Below are positions 1 through 8,970 of a DNA stretch of 64,000 nt, piece by piece. Numbering within the stretch: the first letter of the stretch is position 1; each line of letters opens with the position of its first letter. The position numbers and the translations under genes were made by a program. Under the pieces are notes generated by a model that saw only the letters and a program-made list of their open reading frames with translations, made no database searches and was not told where the DNA came from. The DNA comes from an uncultured delta proteobacterium (GTDB taxonomy: Bacteria; Myxococcota; Myxococcia; Myxococcales; Myxococcaceae), in NCBI GenBank assembly GCA_963796055.1, contig CAWCKH010000003.1, positions 224,001 through 288,000 of the forward strand, in the 5' to 3' direction.

Positions 1-2663
1 CGCGGACGGAGCCCCAGCGGGAGCTGCGCCGAGTCGGCCCGGGGGAGGGCACCGGACATGAGCACGGTGTGGACACCGGGCCGGAGCACCAGCCAGCTCA
101 CCCCCTCGACCTGGCGCAGCGCCACCGCCGGCTTTCCATCGAGCAGGATCTGCTCGGGGCGCCACCCTTCCCCGCCACCGGCGAGCGGCACCGCGACCAG
201 CGCCGCGGCCTGGAGCTCCACCCGGAGCTTCAGCCTGACGGGGTCCACTTCCAGGAAGGCCCGGCCCGCAGAGGCGCAGCTCGGCGCGCACCTGGGCGCC
301 TCGAGGAGCTTGTCCCGAAGCTGGACCAGACGCTCGTCGCTGGGCTGCTCCTCGGCGCGCGCCGGCCGGGGAGCAGCGAGGAGGAGGGCCATCGCCGCGG
401 CCGCCGCCGCCGAGCCAGTCCGGGGCGCCGCCGGACGCCACGGCCCGGAGCGGAGGAGCAGCAGCGACCCCAGCCAGGCGAGGAGCGCCACCCGCAGCAG
501 CCCGAGGACCACGTTCTCGGTGGGCGAGAGGAGCCACAGATGCAGAGACTGGCCCTGCTGCACCGGGCCGCTCCAGCGCAGCGGCACCTGCTGCCACGTC
601 CAGCGGGGAATGCCCGGGCCGGTCTGCACCACGGCGTTCCGATCGATCTCGGAGACGGTGGAGTTTGGCGCCGAGGAGACCGCGGCTCCGTAGTTCCCCC
701 CGACAACCCCGGACCCCGCGCGCCCGGTGGCCACCGCTCCGGCCGGCTGCTCTGCCCCCTCCTTCTTCTTCTCCGGCGGCCGGCGGACGGCCGACTTGTC
801 GAGCTCCTGCTCCTCGCGGGCCATCGGCTCCGCCACGGGTGGCGCGGCCGGCTCGACCGCCACCGACTGTGGCGGCCGCCCCGCCCGGCCGGGCAGGAGC
901 GAACCCTCGCCTTGCTCCGGCGGTCCGAGCGCCGGGTACAGACGATCGCGGAGATGGTCGAGCGCGAACGAGACCAGCACCAGCGCCAGCACCCCGAACG
1001 CGACCCAGCGGAACCCGCGGACGAACGGCCGCAGGCGACCCTCTGGCACCACGCGGCGGAGCGCCTCGGCCACCAGCACCAGGAGCCACGCCCAGCGGGG
1101 GGCGCCCGCCTCCGGGAAACTGAGCACCAGCGCCACCAGGGCCAGGGCTCCCACGCGCCAGCCGAACAACCGTGCGGTCGCGAGCGCGAGGATCAGCACC
1201 AGGAAGAGGTCGAGCAGGGACCAGCGCTGGATCCACGTCCCTTGCGCCTCGTCGACCCCGGTCGCGGCGAAGAGGCTCCAGCCGGGTGGGAGGTGGGCCA
1301 GGGCGGCCACCCTGGTGAAGTCGTGCGCCCAGGCCACCGCCGGCAGCCGACCGCCGCCCTGCTCCAGCCGGCCGTCGGCGGTCATTGCCAGGTTCCCCGC
1401 GCGGACCTCGACGCCCGGCGGGGAGGCGGGCCCGAGCCGGGTCAGCGGCTGGTCTTGCCCGAGCACCGCGGCACGCCCGAGCGTCGCCGGCCCGGGCATC
1501 TCCAGCCGCCAGCTCCTCCGCAGCTCGCCCCCCAGGGTGTCCTGGAAGGTCCAGCCGCGCCCGTCGGTGTCGAGCCAGAGCTGACGGCCCAGGGTGAGCT
1601 GATCCGGCTCGGGCTCGGCGTTTCCGCGCCGCTGCTCCACCAGCCGGAGGGCTTCCCCGGTCCGCACCGCGAACGCGGGCAGCGCCCGCCACTCCTGGGG
1701 GAGCTGGGTCTGCGACGGGTCGACGGAGGGCAGCCCCCCCAGGGTCACCACCCGGACTGCGGGCGCTGCCTCGAACACCCAGGTCTCGTCCCCGCTCGTC
1801 CAGGGCCCCTCCGGGTCGGGCCGCGCCACCGAGGCAAGCGGTCCCTCGCTGCGGGCCAGGAGCGAGAAAACCCACTTGCCCGCGCGAAGCTGGACCCGCA
1901 GCCTGCCGTCGGGCTCCACCCGCGCGGCGAGTGGGGCCTCGAGCTGCAGCGGAGTGAAGCCGGTGGGGAGCGCGCGCCCGAGCAGCACCTCCCGCGCCTT
2001 GCCGGCGACGTCGAGGACGATGCGCGTGGTGAGAAGCAGCGGCACACCGTCGGTGAGCTTGCGCTGTACCTGAACCTCGAGCCGGTCCGCGTCACCCGCC
2101 TCGCGGTCTGGACGCCGGAGGAAGAGCCTCCCCTCCTCGTCTCGCTCGGGATGCACCACCCGAGCGCCGCCGAGGAGCAGCTCGACCAGCGACGCCTGGG
2201 CGGGGACGCCCAGCGCTGCGGGCAAGCTGTCCCAGCCGAAGGCGCCGGTGAGCACGTGCGTCCCGGGGCCGAGGAACGCCGCCGGGGCGCCGTCGTGTTC
2301 GACCACCGCCACCGGAGTCGCGCCGTCGCGAACGTGGAGCGGCCAGTGCTCGGCGTCACCGGGGAGGGGCACTGCGTCCCGGGCGAACACCTCCACTTCC
2401 TCGCGGAAGCGGCCACCGCGCGGCGAGGCCTCCAGCTGCAGCCGCCCGACGAAGACGCACCCCGGTCCGTCCTCGCTGCCCAGGAGCGGCGGACATGTCT
2501 TCTGCTCGCTCCCGTGCATGGCCCAGGGAATCCAGGGCCGGAGCGAGGGAGGAACGTCGGCGGGCGCGAGCGGCTGCGCCCGGGCCCCGGAGAGGACAGC
2601 GAGCAGCGACAGCACGAGGGCGAGACGCAGCGTGTGGCACCTCCGTGGCCGGTACCAACGCAT
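1..2663 (-). CDS. Large conserved membrane/secreted hypothetical protein (3' end runs off window)
   Basis: Hand translation from ATG at 2663 gives MRWYRPRRCHTLRLALVLSLLAVLSGARAQPLAPADVPPSLRPWIPWAMHG..., a signal peptide followed later by hydrophobic TM stretches. I saw no stop in the stretches read, and the track lists no closed ORF in this frame. The + ORF 69..2717 is its in-register antisense shadow. Confidence 0.8.
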   Translation of the reverse strand, partial: MRWYRPRRCHTLRLALVLSLLAVLSGARAQPLAPADVPPSLRPWIPWAMHGSEQKTCPPLLGSEDGPGCVFVGRLQLEASPRGGRFREEVEVFARDAVPLPGDAEHWPLHVRDGATPVAVVEHDGAPAAFLGPGTHVLTGAFGWDSLPAALGVPAQASLVELLLGGARVVHPERDEEGRLFLRRPDREAGDADRLEVQVQRKLTDGVPLLLTTRIVLDVAGKAREVLLGRALPTGFTPLQLEAPLAARVEPDGRLRVQLRAGKWVFSLLARSEGPLASVARPDPEGPWTSGDETWVFEAAPAVRVVTLGGLPSVDPSQTQLPQEWRALPAFAVRTGEALRLVEQRRGNAEPEPDQLTLGRQLWLDTDGRGWTFQDTLGGELRRSWRLEMPGPATLGRAAVLGQDQPLTRLGPASPPGVEVRAGNLAMTADGRLEQGGGRLPAVAWAHDFTRVAALAHLPPGWSLFAATGVDEAQGTWIQRWSLLDLFLVLILALATARLFGWRVGALALVALVLSFPEAGAPRWAWLLVLVAEALRRVVPEGRLRPFVRGFRWVAFGVLALVLVSFALDHLRDRLYPALGPPEQGEGSLLPGRAGRPPQSVAVEPAAPPVAEPMAREEQELDKSAVRRPPEKKKEGAEQPAGAVATGRAGSGVVGGNYGAAVSSAPNSTVSEIDRNAVVQTGPGIPRWTWQQVPLRWSGPVQQGQSLHLWLLSPTENVVLGLLRVALLAWLGSLLLLRSGPWRPAAPRTGSAAAAAAMALLLAAPRPARAEEQPSDERLVQLRDKLLEAPRCAPSCASAGRAFLEVDPVRLKLRVELQAAALVAVPLAGGGEGWRPEQILLDGKPAVALRQVEGVSWLVLRPGVHTVLMSGALPRADSAQLPLGLRP

Positions 2664-2868
2664 CGATCGGCTTCCGGGATCCAATGCTCCCGGTGCGATC
2701 GCGCCAGCTTCGCGTGACGCCCCGACCTCGGAAGGCCGTAGTATGCTGCCCCACCTCCCGGGGGCCAGAACTTGCGGCTCCCTGGCACCCTCTGCGAACC
2801 TCCTCCCTGCCGTGGCACCGCCCGCGGGGGCGGCGCCTCACCCCTCCAGGAGGCCGAGCGGCGAGAGG

Positions 2869-4326
2869 ATGGCGGTCGAGCGCGACAGGCCGGGCGGTCG
2901 GAGTCCCCTACCGGCGGCGGCGGCATCCGAACCACCGCTCGAGCCCACCACGCCCCTGCCCCCCTCCACCGCGGGGCTGCGGCCGGACCCTTCCACCCTC
3001 GAGGTCGGGGCGATCGTCGCCGGCCGCTTCGCCATCGTCCGCTTCATCGCCCGGGGCGGCATGGGCGCGGTCTACGAGGCCGAGGACACCACCCTGCGCA
3101 CCCGGGTGGCGATGAAGACCATCCTCCCCGAGTTCTCCGCGGACCCGAACGCCATGGAGCGCTTCCGGCGCGAGGTGCTGCTCGCCCGGCGCATCACCCA
3201 CTTCAACGTCTGCCGCATCTTCGAGCTCTACGACACCTACGACCCGCGCGGAGACCGGCTGTCGTTCCTCACCATGGAGCTCCTCCACGGCGAGACCCTG
3301 GCCGAGCGGCTGGCCCGCACCGGCCCGCTGGCGACCGCCGAGCTGTCGGTGCTGCTCCGCCAGCTCGCCGATGGGCTGGAGGCGATGCACCTACAGGATG
3401 TAGTGCATCGGGACTTCAAGCCGGCCAACGTCTTCCTGGTCCACCGCCACGACGCCGCCGGGCACGCGCCGCTCCGGGCGGTGATCACCGACTTCGGCAT
3501 CGCCCGGGCCCTGCACCGGGTGGAGAAGGACGGAGACACGTCGATGACCGCCCGGGTGGGCTTCATCGGAACCCCGGCCTACATGGCGCCCGAGCAGCTG
3601 ACCGGCGGCACCGTCTCGGCGGCGACGGACATCTACGCGCTGGGCATCGTCCTCTACGAGGCGCTCACCGGCCATACCCCGTTCGGCGGACAGACCCCCA
3701 TGGAGGCCGCGCTGAAGCGGCTACAGCAGGCCGCCACCCCGCCCTCCCTCTACCTCCCCACCCTCGACCCCCGCTGGGATGCGGCCATCCTCCGCTGCCT
3801 GGAGAAGGAGCCATCGGCCCGGTTCCGCTCGGTGCGCGACCTGGTCCGTGCGCTCGACACCAGCGCCCAGGACACCCGTACCCCGGCGGCGGTCCTCGGC
3901 TTCCGGAACCTCTCCGGACGACCCGACGCCGGGTGGATCTCCACCGCCCTCGCCGAGCTGGTCGGGCGCGAGCTCTCCTCCGCCTCGGAGGTGCTCCGCC
4001 TGGTGCCGGCCGAGGAGGTGTTCCGGGCACAGCGGGCGCTCAACCTCGCCGCCCAGGACAGCCTCCCGCGAGACTCGCTGGAGAAGCTGCGCGATTCGGC
4101 CGGGGCGCGCTGGGTGGTGCTGGGGAGCTACCTCTGCGTCGGACCCGCCTCGGCGAGCCCCTTGCGGGTGGCCGTCCGGGTCCAGGACACAGACTCGGGC
4201 CAGGTGGTCAGCCACTGGTCCGAGCGCGGAACGGTGGGAGAGCTGGCGGCGATGGCCGCGCGCGCCGGTGCCGCGGTGCGCAAGACGCTGGTGGCCGCTG
4301 GCCAGACCCCGCCGGCTCCGGCCTGA
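2869..4326 (+). CDS. Hanks-type Ser/Thr protein kinase with C-terminal TolB-N-like domain
   Basis: Motifs ARGGMGAVY, VAMK, HRDFKPANV, TDFG, GTPAYMAPE and DIYALG are all intact. C-terminal AVLGFRNLSG..WISTALAE domain. Start moved to ATG 2869. Confidence 0.93.
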   Translation: MAVERDRPGGRSPLPAAAASEPPLEPTTPLPPSTAGLRPDPSTLEVGAIVAGRFAIVRFIARGGMGAVYEAEDTTLRTRVAMKTILPEFSADPNAMERFRREVLLARRITHFNVCRIFELYDTYDPRGDRLSFLTMELLHGETLAERLARTGPLATAELSVLLRQLADGLEAMHLQDVVHRDFKPANVFLVHRHDAAGHAPLRAVITDFGIARALHRVEKDGDTSMTARVGFIGTPAYMAPEQLTGGTVSAATDIYALGIVLYEALTGHTPFGGQTPMEAALKRLQQAATPPSLYLPTLDPRWDAAILRCLEKEPSARFRSVRDLVRALDTSAQDTRTPAAVLGFRNLSGRPDAGWISTALAELVGRELSSASEVLRLVPAEEVFRAQRALNLAAQDSLPRDSLEKLRDSAGARWVVLGSYLCVGPASASPLRVAVRVQDTDSGQVVSHWSERGTVGELAAMAARAGAAVRKTLVAAGQTPPAPA

Positions 4327-4327
4327 A

Positions 4328-4524
4328 GACCTCGACCCCGACCGCGGCCGCCGTGACCACGATGACTGCGGCCGCCCTGACCTCGCCGACTGCAGCTCGC
4401 TAGAACACGGTACCGTCGACCTCGACCCCGGGCCGCCGTGACCACGATGACTGCGGCCGCCCTGACCTCGCCGACTGCAGCTCGCTACACGGTACCGTCG
4501 ACCTCGACCGCGGCCGCCGTGACC
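4328..4524. repeat. Intergenic tandem direct repeat (90-bp unit, 82-bp unit, 25-bp partial)
   Basis: Units start at 4328, 4418 and 4500 (GACCTCGACC...GGCCGCCGTGACCACGATGACTGCGGCCGCCCTGACCTCGCCGACTGCAGCTCGCTA..ACACGGTACCGTC). The array fills the gap between two convergent stop codons. Confidence 0.92.
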
Positions 4525-6221
4525 TACATTTCGGGCTGCGCGGCGAGGAACCGATCGCGCTCCGGGCCCTCCGGGAGCTCGGTGGCGAGCGTGGCGAACA
4601 GCTCCCAGGGAGTGTTCGCGTTGCGCGCCGCGCGCTTCACCAGCGCCCGGGCCACCGGACCCAGCGCGGCCGCGAGCGCCTGCTCCGCCCGATGGAGATC
4701 TTCCTCCACCAGCGCGCGGGCCCGGGGCGGCGGCTCCACCACTGGCGTCGGCCGCGACGGTGAGCCACGGGGCGTCGGCGACGGCGAGTGCTCCACCACC
4801 GGCGTGGGCCGCGACGGTGAGCCGCGGGGCATCGGCGACGGCGGGTGTTCCACCATCGGCGTCGGCCGCGACGGTGAGCCGCGCGGGGCGGGCGCCGCGG
4901 CCGGGACCCCCGGACGGGCCTGGGTGGCAGCGGGCCGCGCCGGGGTGGACCGCGCCACCGGCCTGGCCTGGGTGCGGGTGCGGAGGTGGCCCGGGTCCGA
5001 GAGCGTGCGGAGAAAGTCCTCGCGCGAGAGGTGGTCCGGGATGGAGCCGGAGAGCGTCTGGCAGGCCGTCCCCCAGTCCGGCGCCTCCCGTGCCACCCGG
5101 TCCACCATCACCCGCGCGATGGGGCCGAGATGGGGGACGAGCGCGGCCTCGAGCACCGCGCGCTGCTCGGCGGTCAGCCCGGCGGCGGCGGCCGCGCGGC
5201 CGGACATCACGCGCGACGGCGCGTGCTGCGGCGGCAGCGGAGTGAGCGGCGCACCAGGCCCATGGGGAGCCCCGGGCGTGTAGGGAGCGCCGGGCGTGTA
5301 GGGTGCCCCCGGGGTATATGGCGGCGCCGGGGTGCCACCCACCGCGCGTGAGCGCCGGATCCACGAGCGGGCGAAATCCTCGAACTTCCGCCGATCGTCC
5401 CCGTTCTCGATCGACTCGGCCAGCTCGGCCACCAGGTTCCTGGGGTCCTGGGTGGCGCGCGCTGCCCGGCGCACCAGCGTGTGGGCCAGCGGGCCAATGC
5501 TCTTCGCCAGGAACGCCCCGAGCTCTTCCAGCGCCCCCGCCACCCAGCCTCCGGTGACGACCACCGGCGAGGGCGCGGGGGCCGGAGCGGGCGGAGGCGG
5601 AGGCGGAGGCGCCTCGATCGGCGTCACCAGCGGGATGGGCTGGGGAGCCGGGGGCGGGGCGAACTGCCCGGCCGGAGGGGTGCGCCCGGTGGGCCAGGTG
5701 ACCTCCACCTCGCGCTCGACCTGCGGGCCGAGCTCGTAGACGTCGATCTCCTTGCCCTCCGCGGTGCGCCGCCTGCCGAGCGGATGGAGCAGCGCCCTGT
5801 GTTCGGCGCTCAGGGACGACACCACCTCGAAGAACGAACGGCTGGCGACGATCTGCCCCGGGCCCGCCACCGAGGCGAGCTGCGAGCCCACGGTGGGCCC
5901 CTCACCCTGGGCGACACCCTCGACGATGCGCACCGGTCCAAGGTGGATGGACATCCGCGCCCCGAAGCCCTCCCGGTTGGACGCCTCGTGCTCCAGCGCG
6001 TCCCGCAGGCCCAGGGCCACGAAGAGGCCGTCCTCGGGGTCACCGGGGAAGACCAGCACCAGGCCCCGCGGATGGGGGATGTTGAGCACGTCGTCGGCCT
6101 CGAGGTGGCCCACGGCGCGGGAGGCCGCCTCCTGCACGCACTCCAGCGCGTCCGGGCGCGGGTCGAGGACATCGAGGAACACCAGGGTTCCGACGAACGT
6201 CCTGTGACCGTGATCGCTCAT
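4524..6221 (-). CDS. Degenerate class III adenylate/guanylate cyclase-like domain, three copies of a ~55-aa helical domain and Pro-rich linkers
   Basis: N-terminal LVFLDV...RMSIHLGPV...GPGQIVAS cyclase-fold pattern. Three repeats of L..(I/L)GP.A..(L/M)V.R.A....L...(I/L).....R..F. Confidence 0.8.
   Translation of the reverse strand: MSDHGHRTFVGTLVFLDVLDPRPDALECVQEAASRAVGHLEADDVLNIPHPRGLVLVFPGDPEDGLFVALGLRDALEHEASNREGFGARMSIHLGPVRIVEGVAQGEGPTVGSQLASVAGPGQIVASRSFFEVVSSLSAEHRALLHPLGRRRTAEGKEIDVYELGPQVEREVEVTWPTGRTPPAGQFAPPPAPQPIPLVTPIEAPPPPPPPAPAPAPSPVVVTGGWVAGALEELGAFLAKSIGPLAHTLVRRAARATQDPRNLVAELAESIENGDDRRKFEDFARSWIRRSRAVGGTPAPPYTPGAPYTPGAPYTPGAPHGPGAPLTPLPPQHAPSRVMSGRAAAAAGLTAEQRAVLEAALVPHLGPIARVMVDRVAREAPDWGTACQTLSGSIPDHLSREDFLRTLSDPGHLRTRTQARPVARSTPARPAATQARPGVPAAAPAPRGSPSRPTPMVEHPPSPMPRGSPSRPTPVVEHSPSPTPRGSPSRPTPVVEPPPRARALVEEDLHRAEQALAAALGPVARALVKRAARNANTPWELFATLATELPEGPERDRFLAAQPEM
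4734..4890 (-). repeat. Intragenic 57-bp tandem repeat x3 (PRGSPSRPTP[M/V]VE...)
   Basis: GCCGCGACGGTGAGCC recurs at about 4751, 4808 and 4865 (57-bp period). Confidence 0.9.
5261..5322 (-). repeat. Intragenic 18-bp repeat x3 (YTPGAP)
   Basis: Protein reads PPYTPGAPYTPGAPYTPGAPHG. Confidence 0.85.
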
Positions 6222-6254
6222 TCCACTCCGGAGTCGGGCGGCGCCCCGTCGATT

Positions 6255-7124
6255 CTACTCCAACAGCTTCATCGCCTTCTCCAGGCTCCTCCGCAGGCGG
6301 TTGAACGACGTCGCCAGGACGCCGATCTCGTCACGGCTGCCCACCGAGAACTCCGGCACGTCGAAGTTGCCGGTGCTGACCTCGTCGGCCGCCCTGGACA
6401 TCCGGACGATGGGCCGGATGACCAGGAGGGACAGGACGACGTTGAGCACGATGAAGGCGAGGAGGAACACCCCGACCAGCGAGGTCATGAAGGTCTTGAA
6501 TGCCTGGTCAGCCTTGGCGAGCGGCACCGACATTGGCACCGAGATGATCTGCGCTCCGACCGTCTCGTTCAGCTTCCAGCCGAACCCGTTCGCCGGCCCG
6601 TAGTGGGCGACCATTGACTTGGGCGCCGTGTCCGGGGTGTCGTGACAGGGCAGACAGCCCGGGTCGGTGATCTTCAGCGGCTTGGCGAGGTACAACGCCC
6701 TGCCGGTGGGCGTGTCGCGGGTGCCGCGGATCTCCGTCTGGCTGGAGTCGTTCCGGAACTTCTGGACGATGTCCGCCTCCCACTCCACCGCGCGGTCGCG
6801 GGGGTTGGTGGGGTTCAGGGTGGCCTCCTTGTACGTGTACTCGGGGTGCTGCTGCCGGAGGGTGTTGAACATCTCGGTGGCCGCGTAGGCCGGCACCGAC
6901 TGCGGGAGGAAGGCCCGCATCAGCTGCAGCTCGAGCTGGGGCTTCACCTGCTTCGAGGTGTACCCGCGCACGGCGAGCGCCGCGCCCATCATCAGCTCGG
7001 CGTTGCGCGTCACCTCCTCCTGCGCGTTGGCCTCCAGGATCCGCTTGGACACGTAGCCGGAGGCCGCGAGCCCGAGCGCGAAGACCAGGATGAGCACCAG
7101 GTTGAACTTGAGTCGCAGCCCCAT
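6255..7124 (-). CDS. DUF3365/Tll0287-like heme-c sensor with two TM helices and a HAMP domain
   Basis: LNPTNPRD motif, CXXCH (CLPCH), GFGWKLNE motif, TM2, then HAMP (RPI..MSRAADEVS.G...DEIGVLATSFNRL). The protein ends right after the HAMP domain. Confidence 0.9.
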   Translation of the reverse strand: MGLRLKFNLVLILVFALGLAASGYVSKRILEANAQEEVTRNAELMMGAALAVRGYTSKQVKPQLELQLMRAFLPQSVPAYAATEMFNTLRQQHPEYTYKEATLNPTNPRDRAVEWEADIVQKFRNDSSQTEIRGTRDTPTGRALYLAKPLKITDPGCLPCHDTPDTAPKSMVAHYGPANGFGWKLNETVGAQIISVPMSVPLAKADQAFKTFMTSLVGVFLLAFIVLNVVLSLLVIRPIVRMSRAADEVSTGNFDVPEFSVGSRDEIGVLATSFNRLRRSLEKAMKLLE

Positions 7125-7143
7125 GTGAGGACGTCCTCCTCCG

Positions 7144-7617
7144 TCAGCGACAGCTCGCCTGCATCTCGTCCCACGCCCTGGTGAAGCCGATCAGGCTCAC
7201 CACCGCCGAGTGAGTTCCGGTCTCCGGCCAGCTGGGCCAGAACCGCAAGGTCACCTGTGCCTTCAGGCCGCCCTTGAACTGGGCGACGAGGGTGTCCACG
7301 CCCGGCCCCTTGAAGACCACCGCCTTCGCCCCCTCGAGCCCGCTGGCCTTCACCGGCTCCCTCTTGTCGACCTGGACGACCAGGTCCCCCTTGCTCTCGT
7401 CGAAGGTCGACTCGCTCACCACGCGGACCTCGGTCGGTGTGACGCGGACCTGCACACTGGTGGTCTGGTAGCCGTCGCTGAGCGATGCCTTCTCGGAATC
7501 CAGCCGGCACCCTCCGCCCTGGACCTTGGTGAGCGTCCAGGCGTCCTTTTCCACGGGGGCTGCACCCACGAGGCCGACGGTCAGCGCTGGAATCCACCAC
7601 CACATGCTCGAACGCAT
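7144..7617 (-). CDS. Secreted hypothetical protein
   Basis: Signal-like N-terminus from ATG 7617 with GGAG upstream. C-terminal LRFWPSWP.TG...VSLIGF motif, and two Cys. Confidence 0.7.
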   Translation of the reverse strand: MRSSMWWWIPALTVGLVGAAPVEKDAWTLTKVQGGGCRLDSEKASLSDGYQTTSVQVRVTPTEVRVVSESTFDESKGDLVVQVDKREPVKASGLEGAKAVVFKGPGVDTLVAQFKGGLKAQVTLRFWPSWPETGTHSAVVSLIGFTRAWDEMQASCR

Positions 7618-7890
7618 CCGTCCTGCTCCCCCGAGCGCACCGTCCGACAGCGGGTCAGCTGACTCACATGTCGGTCCTGGGCTCTGGTCCACGCCGGATT
7701 GGCGACGGACTCTAGGCGCGGGCCACGGGGGGCGTCCATGGGTAGCGCAAGTCTGGAGGGCGCTCCGGCTCCGAGGGAGGAACCGGTGCAACGCTCTCGC
7801 CCGGTGGTGTCGGCAAGACCCTGGCCTGTAGCGCTGCCGGGCGGCTGGTGGCCCCTGGGGCAACTCCGCCACCGGTGGAAACGGGTGGGT

Positions 7891-8970
7891 TCACACCCCG
7901 AGGAGCGCGCGGATGCGCCGGGCCACCGCGGGCAGGACTCCGGGTGCCTTCACCGGCTCGAACCGGGTGGTGGCCGGATCTCCGCGCGGGACCTCGATGA
8001 AGCGCACCGGGAGCAGCGGGGTGCCGTCCGGACGGCGGAGGCTGGAAGCCTCGGCGGTGACCTGCTCGAACTGGATGACCGGTGCGCCGTCCACCGTCTT
8101 GCGCACCGCGCGGAAGGGCACGGGGATGGGCCCCTCGAGCAACGGCGCAAGGCGGAAGGTGATGTTGTTGGTGGAGATGGTCGCGTGGGCCGCCGGATCC
8201 ACCTTCTCCACCAGCTGCAGCTGACCGCCGACGCGCACCGGTGCCGCCCCGACGTCGAGCTTGCCGTCCGGGGCACGCCGCGGCGTCACCTCCACGGTCA
8301 TCGCCGCGCCCCCCTCGGCGTGCAGGCCGAGGACCACCGGGTCCAGGGTGGCGGCGAGGTTGTCCACGTTGGAGAAGTAGACGTGCTCCACGCCCAGGCT
8401 GCGCAGCCGCTCGCCGACGCCGCTCGCCCGGAGAGCCCGGAACACGTCGCCGTGACCGCTGGGGGCGAGCGACGGCGCACCCGAGGCGTCCCGGGCGATG
8501 ACCCCCTCCGGGGTGAGCCGCGGCAGGTGCCCCTGCGCGAAGGGGAAGAGGGGCAGCCAGGTGGGGTGCGCACGGAGGTGGTCGACGATTCCTTCCTCGG
8601 TGAGGAAGGAGGTCATCAGCGCCACCGGCACCGGGCGCCGCACCCCCTCCGACGCACGCTCGACGTCGAGCAGCTTGAGGTCGAGGAAGGTCCTCCCCTC
8701 CACCACCGGGACCAGCGCCTTCACCGCCCCGCCGAAGCGCGTTCCGGCGCCCCCGGCGACGATGAGCGCGGCCACCTTTCCCGCCCGGAGCAGCGCCTCG
8801 CCGACGCCCGCCAGCCGAGCGTGCTCCGGGGTGCCCGGTTCGGGCCAGGGGAGGACGTCGCCCGGCCGGAGCGGCTCGAGCGTGCCGGGCGGCGGCGCCT
8901 CCACCACCTCCCCGCGCTTCCAGGCCTCGACCAGCTCCCGGAACAGCGCCTCGTCGTAGGGCGGGCTCAT
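7891..8970 (-). CDS. UTP--glucose-1-phosphate uridylyltransferase, UDPGP (eukaryote-like) family
   Basis: [26 protein letters not shown] and RFEPVK motifs. ATGA overlap with the treZ stop. Confidence 0.85.
   Translation of the reverse strand: MSPPYDEALFRELVEAWKRGEVVEAPPPGTLEPLRPGDVLPWPEPGTPEHARLAGVGEALLRAGKVAALIVAGGAGTRFGGAVKALVPVVEGRTFLDLKLLDVERASEGVRRPVPVALMTSFLTEEGIVDHLRAHPTWLPLFPFAQGHLPRLTPEGVIARDASGAPSLAPSGHGDVFRALRASGVGERLRSLGVEHVYFSNVDNLAATLDPVVLGLHAEGGAAMTVEVTPRRAPDGKLDVGAAPVRVGGQLQLVEKVDPAAHATISTNNITFRLAPLLEGPIPVPFRAVRKTVDGAPVIQFEQVTAEASSLRRPDGTPLLPVRFIEVPRGDPATTRFEPVKAPGVLPAVARRIRALLGV

Noticed and set aside
4409..4425. Resemblance to a cloning polylinker (NotI, PstI, KpnI, SalI sites and TACCGTCGACCTCGA)
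   Set aside because: The match is short, sits inside a natural-looking GACC-rich repeat continuous with native genes, and no other vector sequence is visible.
4328..4524. Possible CRISPR array
   Set aside because: Units are contiguous near-identical copies with no unique spacers, are too long, and there are no cas genes in the window.
7618..7890. Riboswitch or ncRNA in longer intergenic regions (also 27940-28249 and 60467-60730)
   Set aside because: I could not recognise any conserved riboswitch or tRNA motif by eye. An Rfam/Infernal scan would be needed.
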